DNA of 29,946 nucleotides from Paraspadella gotoi (taxonomy: Eukaryota > Animalia > Chaetognatha), in assembly GCA_051294375.1 (NCBI GenBank), contig JBJCIZ010000007.1:1-29946 (forward strand), in the 5' to 3' direction. A program made the translations under genes and the position numbers. This document shows, one piece after another, positions 11,206 through 21,776 of this stretch; within the stretch, counting starts at the first letter, position 1, and each line of letters starts with the position of its first letter. Below the pieces are notes generated by a model. It was not told the DNA's origin. It was given only the letters and a program-made list of their open reading frames with translations, and ran no database searches.

Positions 11206-11480
11206 GTTGACGCAGATTGAAGCCGTAGATAAAAGTAATTTTACATCTTTTTTATTGGTCTATTTTTTTTTCAAAAACGAGCACTTGATCCAATTATTTT
11301 GGTGACACAAAAGCGTTAGCCAATTAAAGATGCTTATTTCTTAACTTGGATACTGAATGGTCAAATTGACCAAACCACCGCGATCCGCCCGTGTCGCTGA
11401 TCCGATTTTTATTTCGCAAAATTTTTTGTGACAAATTTATTTTTTGGATCAGAGACATTGAAGTTTAGTCGTTTAGTTTA
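11206..11480. promoter_or_regulatory. Candidate bidirectional promoter between divergent orphan genes
   Basis: ATTGG at 11254, CCAAT at 11290 and 11320, GC-rich patch 11377-11400; lies between starts at 11205 (-) and 11636 (+). Confidence 0.3.
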
Positions 11481-11635
11481 GTTTAGTCTTGTCCTCTGAT
11501 CCAATTTTAAATTGTTATTTGTATATCGTTAATACTTTTTTATTAAATATTGCTAAAAATTTACTATGTGTTTACAGTTCATTGAATAAAGAAATATCAA
11601 AAACTATTGAACTTTATAAAGCTAACAGTTTAGAC

Positions 11636-12159
11636 ATGGAGAAAAAGGAGAGATTGAAAAGGGGGCTGTACTACGCGTGCTGGGATAAGATCAAACGATC
11701 CATGAGGTCCACGAAGGTGGAAACGTTTTCAATTAGGGGTTACCCAAAGAAGATCAAAGGCATTGGCGCTGGGTTTAAAATCCATAGAACATTGTTCAGG
11801 GACAAGTGGGTCAGGAAAAGGTTAGCCTCATTATATTTTTAATTTTTACTTGTTTTATTTTTTATTGAGAAATGTTTCATTGTCGATGACTTTTTCGTAG
11901 GTTTGAGGAGAAATCTAAAGATTGGGCGCAAATGGGGGGACCACGTCCTAAATATTGGGATCGTCTCTGGGTCAACCTCCCAGAGGAAAAAGAATTCCGC
12001 AGGATATTCGCTGGCAGATTCCCACACAACCTGTTATCGATTCCAGTAGGGCTAAGTATTTTCTCCCGCAAATAAGATCGCTTTGTGTTCGCAAGCGACG
12101 ATTGGAGAATCAGAGAAACTGGACATGGGACGATAGTGCCATGTCACGTGAAAAACTAA
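11636..12159 (+). CDS. Two-exon orphan gene, basic and Trp-rich (exons 11636-11820, 11901-12075; frame continues to 12159 past one TAA)
   Basis: AG|GTTAGC donor at 11821, T-rich 80-nt intron, TTTTTCGTAG| acceptor at 11900. Phase-2 join gives an open 119-aa protein MEKKERLKRGLYYACWDK...KWVRKR-FEEKSKDWAQMGGPRPKYWDRLWVNLP...SRK*. Confidence 0.7.
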
Positions 12160-12203
12160 TTAGAGAGAAAAAAAATTGTATCAACAATGTTTTTTATTAT
12201 GAT

Positions 12204-12250
12204 TAAACATACATGTTTCGACTTAATTTGCAAGTCTTTATCAGTGATTA
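12204..12250 (-). ncRNA. Hammerhead ribozyme motif, mutated core (CUGAUAA)
   Basis: Minus strand reads taatca CTGATAA a gactt gcaaatt aagtc GAAAC at GTA tgttta; core G8 is replaced by A. Confidence 0.65.
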
Positions 12251-12308
12251 TTTAGTTTTGATAGTACATAATTTTTTTTCTTCACAAGTAAACAGTGAGA
12301 GGGATGGA

Positions 12309-12346
<38 letters not shown>

Positions 12347-12721
12347 AATGTTTCCAACAAAGAATTAAAAAAATGACAGAGGTCTGTTTTGATGACAGGG
12401 TAAGTTTGAGCAGAGAGAAAGAAGGTGGTGAGGAAAAGAAATTGAAATGTGGCAGAGAGAAAAAAATATGTATAATCTATAAGATTATAATGCATAATGT
12501 ATAATGTATTGATCTAATTGTTGACCTCTGCATCTCTCTCTTTCTCTCTCTGCCAAATTTTAATTTCTTTTCCTCACCACCTTCTCTCTCTCTGCTCAAA
12601 CTTACCCTGTCCTCAAAACTGACCACTGTCCTTTTTTGATTTCTTTGTTAGAAACATTTATTTTTCTCTCTCTCTCACTGTTTACTTGTGAAACAAAAAA
12701 TTATGTAATATCAAAATTAAA

Positions 12722-12768
12722 TAAGCACTGATGAAGATTTGCAAATTAAGTCGAAACATGTATGTTTA
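12722..12768 (+). ncRNA. Minimal type I hammerhead ribozyme, predicted cleavage after GUA (12762)
   Basis: taagca CTGATGA a gattt gcaaatt aagtc GAAAC at GTA tgttta. Stem I taagca/tgttta, stem II gattt/aagtc, short palindromic stem III ACATGT. Confidence 0.85.
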
Positions 12769-14142
12769 ATCATAATAAAAGTCGTTGTTGTTAAAGAAAT
12801 TTTTTTTCTCTCTAAATCTTAAAAACACAACGAAAGAAAGAAACAATACAATATTTGAAAATTATATCCATAGGATATTTACTTTCTATATTGAGGTATT
12901 GAGTAATCCATATCATATTCTGCAAAGAATTCTAGTAAGCTTTGCCATTCTTAATAAGATACAAAATATTTTGATCAAGGTTTTAATCTTGTCAATCATA
13001 TCAGGATACAACTGAATTAAGTACATTGCAAATATCTTTAAATGTATGCATCCTCATTGTTATTACTAATTTCTTCATTATCGGTTAATTAATGAATTAA
13101 TTAATTAATATTAATGAATTAATCTTCCCTAATAATTTTATTGGTTTTGGTTCTGGTAGTAACCAAGTAGATTACAGACCTAATGCCATGCTACTATTGA
13201 TAATCATATTTCATACCATCTGGGAAAAGTATTTTTGGGCTTAAAATATAGTAATAACAAATTGAAAATATAGTTTATAACAAAATAAAAACAATAAAAG
13301 AAAATATATTGTTTTATTTATCTTTAAAAATAGATATAAGCAAAATATTTTGATTCAGAAATTGCCTATCTTAATTAATAAAAATCATTTCTTTACCTAG
13401 GCAATTTCAGAAACACTTTGCTCAGTTAATCAGGCAAAATATTACCTAAGTTCACCCCTTATTTTCGATCATCTTTGCTAGAGGACAAAGATAAATGTTA
13501 TTTATATTAGTTAATAAGTGAAAGTCTCGGTCAACGGATTTAAAATTTTAATCTAGATAAATAAAAAACATACAGTTTTTTCATAAACTGACGATAGTCT
13601 TTTTTTTGGGCCAATTCCGCCCTCGCCTGGAGCCAAGGCATTTCCATAAAGTTTAAACTCTTTTTTCTTTTTTTTTTTGTAACAGGACTGTTAAAGACGA
13701 AAGAAAAAGACACATTTAAATACATCTAGGTAAGTTATGTAAATATCATATTAACTAAACGGTTTTTACCCGATAAGGTTTTTATTTCTTTTTTTTCTTT
13801 ATTCTTTCAAAATATTTTTTTTATTATCATGAGTAAAACTTTTTTTTTGTAGAAAGAAAAATGGCCATAAATCGAAAAATTTAAAAAAAACAGACTATAA
13901 TGACAACACAAAGAAAAAGAATCGCATTTTCAAAAAAGGACCATTGGGACGGCTTCCCGTTTCAAAATAGGACTCCCTCCTTTAAAAATTTTCCAACAAT
14001 CAGGAGCCGAGGTCTCGATTTCCCTTTGGAGAGAAGACCCCCTCCATTAAAAAATTTTCACCAATCGCGAGTCAAATCCTGATGCCACAACGATAAATTT
14101 TTAACCAATCAGGAGATGAAGATATTTTGAATTTTCTGTTAA

Positions 14143-15070
14143 GGTCCGGGATCACTCAATTCAAATTATAATTAGGCTAAAACCGAGCTCGGATTTCGAA
14201 AGGAGAGCTCTTGACGATTCCGAAAATGTATTCACTTTACTATTTTTTCAAAAGCGTCATCGTTTTTTCGATTTTTTTTGTACTATATAAAATAAAAGAA
14301 ACCTATTTGAAGAGTTGCAGCTCAAACTGTAAGGCGGTTTCTCATTAAATTTGGCATGAATTACCTTTAAGTCACAAACTCCAATTCTATGAAAAGATAC
14401 TTTCAAAATTTACCTTCCTTCATAAAAAATTTGATTATTTTAATCAATTTTTAGGATTAATTCCTTGATATCTTTGAAACGAAAACATTTTTTTCAAAAA
14501 CGCGCTCATAGAATCTCCCCCACCTTTCCTTTCTTGCCCAAGATATTTTTTTCTTCAAGAAGAGTCCAACGGTTTGAGCTGCAACTCTTCGTTTTTAACT
14601 TCACTTCGTCAAGAAAGTTAAATTCTGTACTCATTAAACTCATTAAACATTTACATAAAGTAAAAAGTCAAATTGAAATAAATTCGATAAGTTTTTTAAC
14701 TCATAAAACTCATAAAAGTATAAAAACCCGTCTGGAAAATGTGTAGTAGTTTATTCTAGACTTATTAGTGATACAACTCCAAGTATGTACTTTTACCAAA
14801 GGAAGAATTAAATATAAGAAGTAGAAATTGAGCTTACTGTAAAGAATCAGTTTTAAGTTAAAAATTTAGTTGTAGAAATTTAACTTACATATAAAAAATT
14901 ATTTTTCTCTTGAAAATCTAGTTTTACCAAATAATAAATTATGTTTAAATTTTTATGAACATTTTAGTTGATTTTTAAAAGTTTTCAATTATTTTTCAAT
15001 AGATATGAGAAAATGATTAAGATACAGTAAATTAAGATTTTTACAATTTTAGATTGAGTGATCCCTGGCC
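14143..15070. mobile_element. Non-autonomous DNA transposon (MITE), Kolobok-like
   Basis: TIRs GG(T/C)C(C/A)GGGATCACTCAAT flanked by TTAA on both sides (14139-14142, 15071-15074), GG...CC termini, and an internal inverted repeat gaagagttgcagctcaaac (~14309 vs ~14572). Confidence 0.75.
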
Positions 15071-15337
15071 TTAAAGCACGCGGGGAGGTGGATACAAATA
15101 AAAATTTGCAAACTTATTATTATTTTTTAAATACTTTCGTTTTTTGGACAATTTGTCTCTTATCTTTATTTAGTTTAAATATTTCATAATTTGTCTATAA
15201 GGTCACAAAAAAGGGTGTCCGCAATAGATGTAACCTGCAATCTTGTTATGGGTGCTTTTAGTTAATTTATTTATTATTTTATTTAATTTTAGTTTTTTCG
15301 CATCGTTTTTCTCTCTGTGACAATCTTTGCCTTTAAG

Positions 15338-16060
15338 TAGGACTAAGCTCTGACGAAAAAAGCCAGTGGTTTTTTTAATATATTCTTTTAACGGCCAATG
15401 TAGAATGATAGCAATATTGCTATTGTTAAGTTTCAAAAAAATCCAACCATAAATATAGAAAATATTTACCAAAATCTTCGGAAAATCCACCCCTTCTTTG
15501 GAATATTTTCGCCATAGAAGATTTTTCCCGAATCTGACTCTCGGTTGAAAACTCTTAGAATTCCGATCATTAGCTCCTCTTTTACTTTTGCTTTAAATAA
15601 AAATTTAACCAAAATGGACTAATTCACTTTACCATGATCGTATCATATTAAAAAAACCAAATAAAATGTAAAGAAAAATTTTGAGAGCCCTTCAGACATA
15701 TGGCTATCGGATTCCTGAATTTGAAGTTTATTGTAAAATGACAACATACCTTAAATACATTGACATTGTATTGAAGTTGAGAAATCCCTTTATTTTATAT
15801 ATAAAAATAGCGTCAAAAATATTTTCCCGAGCAAACCAGTCCATTTGAATTTGATGGTTTGATGTCAAAATAATGGTTATTTGTCAAGAGAAAAAAAATG
15901 CGAGCCCTTCAGATGCAACAGGATTGGAATCAAATGTTTTTACATCTATTTTTTACCAGAATTCTTCCCAGGGGCATTGACATTATTTGGTAGTCAGGTT
16001 TTAACGAAAATCTCCATTGAAAAAGTCTTCCTCGATTTCTAAGAACGACGTAGACTCCTA
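15338..16060. mobile_element. Non-autonomous TAG-ended element with a 7-bp flanking direct repeat
   Basis: 15338-15750 closely matches 18956-19362. Ends TAGGA...TCCTA are flanked by ctttaag (15331-15337, 16061-16067). Confidence 0.65.
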
Positions 16061-18955
16061 CTTTAAGTGTTATTTTTTATTTTTTCTTATGTTTTAATGT
16101 TCTTCTCACTATTAATATTTTTTTTTAAAAATTTATGTGTTTAAGGGTTTAAAGTTACCAAAAGGGCATCATTAATAAAAAAAAAAACATTTTCTGTGGG
16201 GTGCTGATAACTCTTTTTTTTAGAGTCTGTTCAAGTTTTTTTCAGACTTTAAAACCGCCGGAAGAATTTTGACGAAACGTCTTTTGTTTCTAGGGGTCCG
16301 TCGAGGAGTATTAAAGGCCGCGATATATTTATATCTTTTGGTAGTAAAAACGTAGACCCCGTGCATGTTTATGTTGGATACGGGAAGTAATGTCAATATC
16401 GTTTTCATGAACATATTAGAAAATCAGGGTTTCCGGCGGTTAAAAACTATCACCAAGCCATTTAACTTTGGTAGGGATAGGGGATAGGGGAAGCCTCTGT
16501 GCCTTGTTTTATAAACAATTGTTCACAAAAAATTAATTTCATATCGTAAAGGAATTTGGTTTATGCATATTGGGTTTAACGGGTATGAAACGTTTTAAAA
16601 TGCAAATTAACCCGAATGAAAGTTTAGTCATGTGCAATAACATAGCCATAAAATATAAAACAAAAAATATCCAAATGGGTGAAACGGCGACGGTCCAAGC
16701 CATGACGTCACAATCAGAATGTAATTTAAAATTGAGAGAGACAATCGTCATCCCAGAAGGAAAAGAAATGATAACTTACCTAAAACTTACCTGTAGGCGA
16801 TATGGAATCATCATTTCCAGAGCAGTAATAAAAAGACAGGAATCAGGAATGGTGCCTGTAGTAATAAAAAATTGATATACACAACTGATAAAGTTATATC
16901 GAAACTGCACTATGGGAGTAGCTTCTCACAGTGAAATCATAATGGATCCGAGTGAGAAAAAACCTTTAATTGATCTTAAGCCTAATCCTGAAGATGGTGG
17001 GATTGACATAAGCCCAGATGATCATCCTGTAGATAAGATCGACCTGAGCCATCTGAAAGGTAAACAAAAGGAACATAGAAAATATAAAGCTCATTTGGTA
17101 GAGCATCACATTGAAATAGATAAGACCAAACCAGGTCATGAGGCTATTGTCGACCCTCCTCGACGTTATCCTCTAGAAAAACAAAAGGCCATCAGAGAAC
17201 ATATTGAAAAACTTAGAGAAAATAATATAATTGAAGCCTGTAAAAGTAGCCATCGTGCTTTTCCCGTCTTGGCGAGAAAGTGGAAAAAGGATGGCACTTT
17301 GGAAAAGAATGCCCGTATGGCTATAGATTACAGAAAAGTAAATAGTTATACGATTCCAGTGTCCGCTTTAATACCAAATATGGCGGATGTTATCATGAGT
17401 GTTTCAGAAGATGGAAACCGTTGGTTTTCGTCTATCGACCTCACAAGTGCATTTTTCAAAGTGGTTTTGGATGAGGCAAGTAGGCCATATACGACTTTCC
17501 AATCGCCAAATGGGGAGACATGGCAGTTTCTGCAATGTCCTTTTGGTTTGATAAGTTCGCCCAGTACCTTTGCTTTGTTAGCTGCAAAGGTTCTGGCTGG
17601 AATCTCGTGGCAAAGTGCCTTGGCCTACCTTGACGATATCATTATCTTTTCGTCAATTTTTGAAGACCACTTAGAGCATGTGGAAGAAGTCTTGTGCCAT
17701 CTGGAATTGGCTGATCTAAAGGCTAAACCCTCAAAAATGACCTTGTTCAAAAACTCAATTCACATAGTGGGTCATGAGGTCAGTCCTGAAGGTGTCAGGG
17801 CTGACGAGGCAAAGTTAGTTGCGGTCAAACATTGGCCAGTACCAAAAACCGTTAAACAGATACAATCATTTGTGGCCTTTGCAAATTTCTATTAGAGGTT
17901 TGTGCCGGGGTTTTCTGGCATTGCAAAACCTTTGTATAAGCTCTCAGAAAAAATGTAGATTTCGAATGGAATGAGAAATTGAGGAATTGAAAAGGTTGTT
18001 ATGCGCTGACACTTGTCTGGCGCCGCCAGATTTTGAAAAAGAATTCCATCTGTCTGTTGATTGGTCAAATGTGGCAGTAGGATATGTATTGGGTCAGAAG
18101 TGTGATCATACAGGAAAAATAAGACCAATACTATATGGGTCACAAGCCCATAAGGGAGTTCAAACTGATCCCAAAAGGGAGAGGAGTATAGATTCATCCT
18201 ATATGCGAGAATTTAAGGCCCTCCTTACGGCTCTGACTGGATGCAAGGCTTACCTTTTGGCCAAAGGAAACTTCACGGTCCATACGGACTGTCGTAGCCT
18301 CTTATATTTACTCCATTCCCGAGAAGTTTCGGCATTTATCTTGCGATGTCTGGATAAGATTGCCAAATTCGGAAAAGACTGGAAAATTGTCCAGAATCCA
18401 AATGTTGCTGTTGATGCTTTGTTGCGCATCAGATTAGATGTTCCACCCACAGGGACTTGGGCGGAGGTCTGTAGCAACAAGAGGAAAATCAGTGAGAGGA
18501 TAGTGCCGGTAATCACAAGGAGCGCTCAGGAAGAAGCTGAGAAGGCTGACCCTGCAGCTGTTCTGATCCCTGATCAAGTTCAGGAACCAGCAAAATGGAC
18601 AGATTGGCGCAATTGGCAGGAAATGGATGAAGACCTGCAAGTGTTGAAAAAATGGCTAATGGATGGAGCTCCTGAAAAAGCCCAAGCCCGATGGTATAGT
18701 CTGGCTTTGAGATTGTACTATGCATCCTTACCGCAGTTTAGTCTGCATGACGGAGTCATAGTCAGAAAATAGACTGACGCCGTGGACCCGAATAAAGAGC
18801 TCAATTTACCAGTGGTGCCTGAGGATCGTGTGGTTGAATTACTATTCAATGCTAATTAACTTCAAGGGCATCCGGGGGTCACTAGGATGCGGGATCTAAT
18901 CAAAGATAAGAACTATTGGTACTCACGCGATGTCACCATAAAGGAATATATAATG

Positions 18956-19663
18956 TAGGACTAAGATCTGACAAAAACAGCCTGAGGTTTTTTTAATGTA
19001 TTCTTATACCGGCAAATGTAGAATGATGGCAATATTGCTATTGTTAAGTTTCAAAAAAATCCGACCATAAATATAGAAATTATTAACCAAAATCTTCCGA
19101 AAATCCACCCCTTCTTTGGAAGATTTTTGCCATAGAAGATTTTTCCCGAATCTGACTCCTGGTTAAAAACTCTTAGAATTCCGATCTTAGCTCCTCTTTT
19201 ACTTTAACTTTAAATTTCACCAAAATGGACTAATTCACTTTACCATGATCGTATCATATTAAAATAACCAAATAAAATGTAAAGAAAAAGTTTGAGAGCC
19301 CTTCAGACATATGGCTATTGGATTCCTGAATTCAAAGTTTATTGTAAAAATCACAACATACCATTGGTGCCGGAGGCAAGTCATTCGCTCCCAACCCAAA
19401 GGTCCGGGGTTCTTGCCCGGTGGTCGCCTAGCAGTTAAGAGGGACGGGGCGCTTAACCCGCCTGTAACACGGTGTTACAGCCTGATCCGAAGCTCAGGGA
19501 CTGCTTACATTGAACGGTTCTGTCACTTAGACATAACAATAATTACTGTCTCTTCAATGGTCGGATATTTTTGAAACTTAACAATATTGCCATCATTCTA
19601 CATTGGCCAGTATAAGATAACATTAAAAAAACCTCTGGCTTTTTTCGTCAGATCTTTGTCCTA
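18956..19663. mobile_element. MITE with ~120-bp TIRs inserted in the integrase zinc finger
   Basis: Left taggactaagatctgac...ccgaccat mirrored by 19557-19663. Integrase coding stops and resumes at the borders. No clean TSD. Confidence 0.85.
19365..19430 (+). mobile_element. tRNA-derived SINE-like head inside the MITE
   Basis: A-box-like TGGTGCCGGAGG and B-box-like GGTTCTTGCC with tRNA-like spacing (aaaggtccggggttc). GC-rich and absent from the sister copy at 15338. Confidence 0.5.
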
Positions 19664-21030
19664 AATATCTGTGCCAGAAGAAGAAAAACCAATCTCCGGG
19701 CACCCTTAGTCCAAGACAACGCTTCATTTTTTAATGAACGAGTAGCTATGGACATTAAGGTAATGACAAAACCATCGAGGCATGGTTTTGTGGCAATCTT
19801 ACTGATAGTGGATTATTTTACCAGATTTGTGTCACTGACAAATATGAAATCACAGACAGCAGAGGAAGTGTGGACATGGACAACTGGTGCGCCTTCTTTG
19901 GCGCCAGTTTTGCCGTCCACACGGATTTTGACGTGCAATTCGCCGCTCAAAAGGCAACCCACCTTTTCAAATTGATGGGAATTCACAAGACCCATACTGT
20001 CTCTTTCCATCCTCAAAGTGATGGTTTGGCAGAAAGACAGATCCGAACCCTAAACAACACTTTGTCTAAAATCCTGATGGAGGTTGAGGCCGAGCAGGAG
20101 AAATTGGGTGTGAAGGAAAAAATTGATTGGGGAGATTTGACCCGGAAAGTTCAATTAGCCATGAATGCCTTACTTTGTAAATTCACAGGGTTCATTCCGT
20201 TCCGTTGGAAGATCGACGACAGGTACGTGAGGAGTTGCCTGGGGCAATCAGAGGGTTACAGGTTAGACAATCACAAGTCTTTAAGGCAGTCGCAAAACAC
20301 TTTGATGTTGAACTGTCTCGACAAAAGGCTTATTATGATTTGCGTGCTAGTACTCCCACTTTCAAGAAAGAAGATAAAGTACTATATCAAAAATATTATA
20401 TTCAGCCCAATGACGTCCAATCTTTTAGCGCTCAATTCTACAAAGAGCCCTTTATCATCACTAGGAAACTGAGGGATGTCAACTATGTCATCTGCCCAGC
20501 TGACAAGGGTGACAGGTCAGTGGAACATGGCCGAAAAGAATGCTGTGTTGTCCACGCCAATCAGATCAAGTTGATCGAGGATTCCGTCAGAATTCCTACC
20601 CGAGAAGTTGAGAAGCGGGATCAATACAAAAGACCTTTCCGCAAGATAAAAGTCCCCGTTCGTCTACAGGACTATGATCTAACTAATGAACGAAATGAAC
20701 GGGATTTGGTTTAAAGTGATTGCTGACTAGTCGATAAATAAATTAAGGTAAGAAGTTTGGGACAAAATAAGATAAATATGAAAGGTAAAAGCACGCCAAT
20801 AAAGCAAAACAGTAAACAGAAAACAATAAACAGTAAACAATAAATAGTAAACAGTAAAGAGGCAATTGGGAAAAAATCAAAATTCGCCTATAACTAACAC
20901 AATAAAACTGGTTAACATCATAATAAATAATAACGAGTATCAACTTTTAATAATAAAATTTGAAACAAAAGAGAAAAATTCAAAGAGAAGAATAACAATC
21001 GGGGGGAACCTCGGCGCTGCGTCTCAGCAA

Positions 21031-21330
21031 TCAACGTGGAGGTCGAGGAGGAGGTGGCGCAGGGACTGGCGGTGGCGGCGACGGGTGGAGGTCCACTAGG
21101 ACTTCGACGGTTCCTTCCCCGCCCACTCCTGAGGAGTCGTCCTCGCGAAAGTCGATGACCGCTGGGATCGCCGAGGTCTCGGGCGACCAAAGGCCACTGA
21201 GGTGGTGAAAAAGAAGTGGCGTCGCGTGGAGCGTTTCAATAACTGCTCGACGCCGGCAGCAATGGCGCAGGAGGACGGCAAGGAGGACGACGAGTGCCGA
21301 AGAAGCCGCCCCCGCGATGAACCAAATCAT
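21031..21330 (-). CDS. Small single-pass membrane protein (99 aa)
   Basis: Hydrophobic MIWFIAGAASSALVVLLAVLL, then RHCCRRR and a poly-Pro C-terminus; preceded by an acceptor-like TTTCTCAG. Confidence 0.55.
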   Translation of the reverse strand: MIWFIAGAASSALVVLLAVLLRHCCRRRAVIETLHATPLLFHHLSGLWSPETSAIPAVIDFREDDSSGVGGEGTVEVLVDLHPSPPPPVPAPPPPRPPR

Positions 21331-21383
21331 TTTCTGAGAAATAAAAGGAATAAAAATCAGTTTTAACTAAAAGTATTAGTAAA

Positions 21384-21776
21384 TTAAAATCTGAAAAAGT
21401 TCCAAGCTCTTAACGGAAGGGATTCGGAGCGAGTTGGCGGGAGCGACGGCAGGCCCTGACGCGCGGCAGCGGTGATGGGGAGAGCGGAAGGGGCGTGATG
21501 CCCGACGCTCGCCAGCGTCCCTGATGTCGCCGCAAGGGAGACTGGCGACGAAGAAATCATCGTCGTCGTGGGAGGTTCCACCTGTTTTGTCGTTCCATTT
21601 GTTGTATGCTTGGTTGCCGCCTTCGTCGTTTTCATCATTGTAGCGGTCAACGTCGGTGTCGAGGTGGGGAGGGGTTCAACCAAGATGATTTGGAGGTCAT
21701 AACCCCAGCCTTGCACTGAATGAAAAAATAAAAATAAAAACAAAAAAATAAAAATCAACGGAAAAAATGCCATCAT
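21384..21776 (-). CDS. Putatively secreted mucin-like Thr/Ser/Pro-rich protein (130 aa)
   Basis: Signal-peptide-like MMAFFPLIFIFLFLFLFFHSVQG (which could alternatively be intronic polypyrimidine sequence) followed by a T/S/P-rich body. Confidence 0.5.
   Translation of the reverse strand: MMAFFPLIFIFLFLFLFFHSVQGWGYDLQIILVEPLPTSTPTLTATMMKTTKAATKHTTNGTTKQVEPPTTTMISSSPVSLAATSGTLASVGHHAPSALPITAAARQGLPSLPPTRSESLPLRAWNFFRF

Larger units (their letters stand above)
12160..12853 (+). mobile_element. Penelope-like element remnant 1: inverted pLTR (12160-~12464), pLTR (~12541-12815) and ~40-bp 3' tail
   Basis: ~300-bp inverted arms, each with a hammerhead motif and a (CT)n tract; only the right arm extends into a tail. 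Shares motifs with the element at 22699-23666. Confidence 0.75.
16690..20714 (+). pseudogene. pol: Ty3/Gypsy pol remnant: spacer, RT, RNase H, integrase; 5'-truncated, interrupted by a MITE
   Basis: RT 'RMAIDYRKVN', 'IDLTSAFF', 'CPFGL', 'YLDD' (16912-17895). RNase H 'LSVDWS', 'REFKAL', 'VHTDCRSL' (17987-18772). Integrase zinc finger 'GHPGV...YW' plus 'NICARRR' split by the insert, core 'VDYFTR', 'HPQSDGLAER', C-terminal 'EPFII', 'VVHANQIK', 'RPFRKIKVPVRLQDY'. Confidence 0.95.

Noticed and set aside
12855-12915. Minus-strand WITQYLNIESKYP-YGYN resembling a GIY-YIG endonuclease C-terminus
   Set aside because: Needs a frameshift, has no upstream GIY/YIG motifs, and is opposite to the inferred orientation of the adjacent pLTR and tail.
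16250-16445. Short inverted repeat aaccgccggaa / ttccggcggtt as a MITE
   Set aside because: Only ~11 bp, with no definable termini or TSD.
16472-16490. (TAGGGA)x3 as a telomeric seed
   Set aside because: Too short and not at an identifiable element end.
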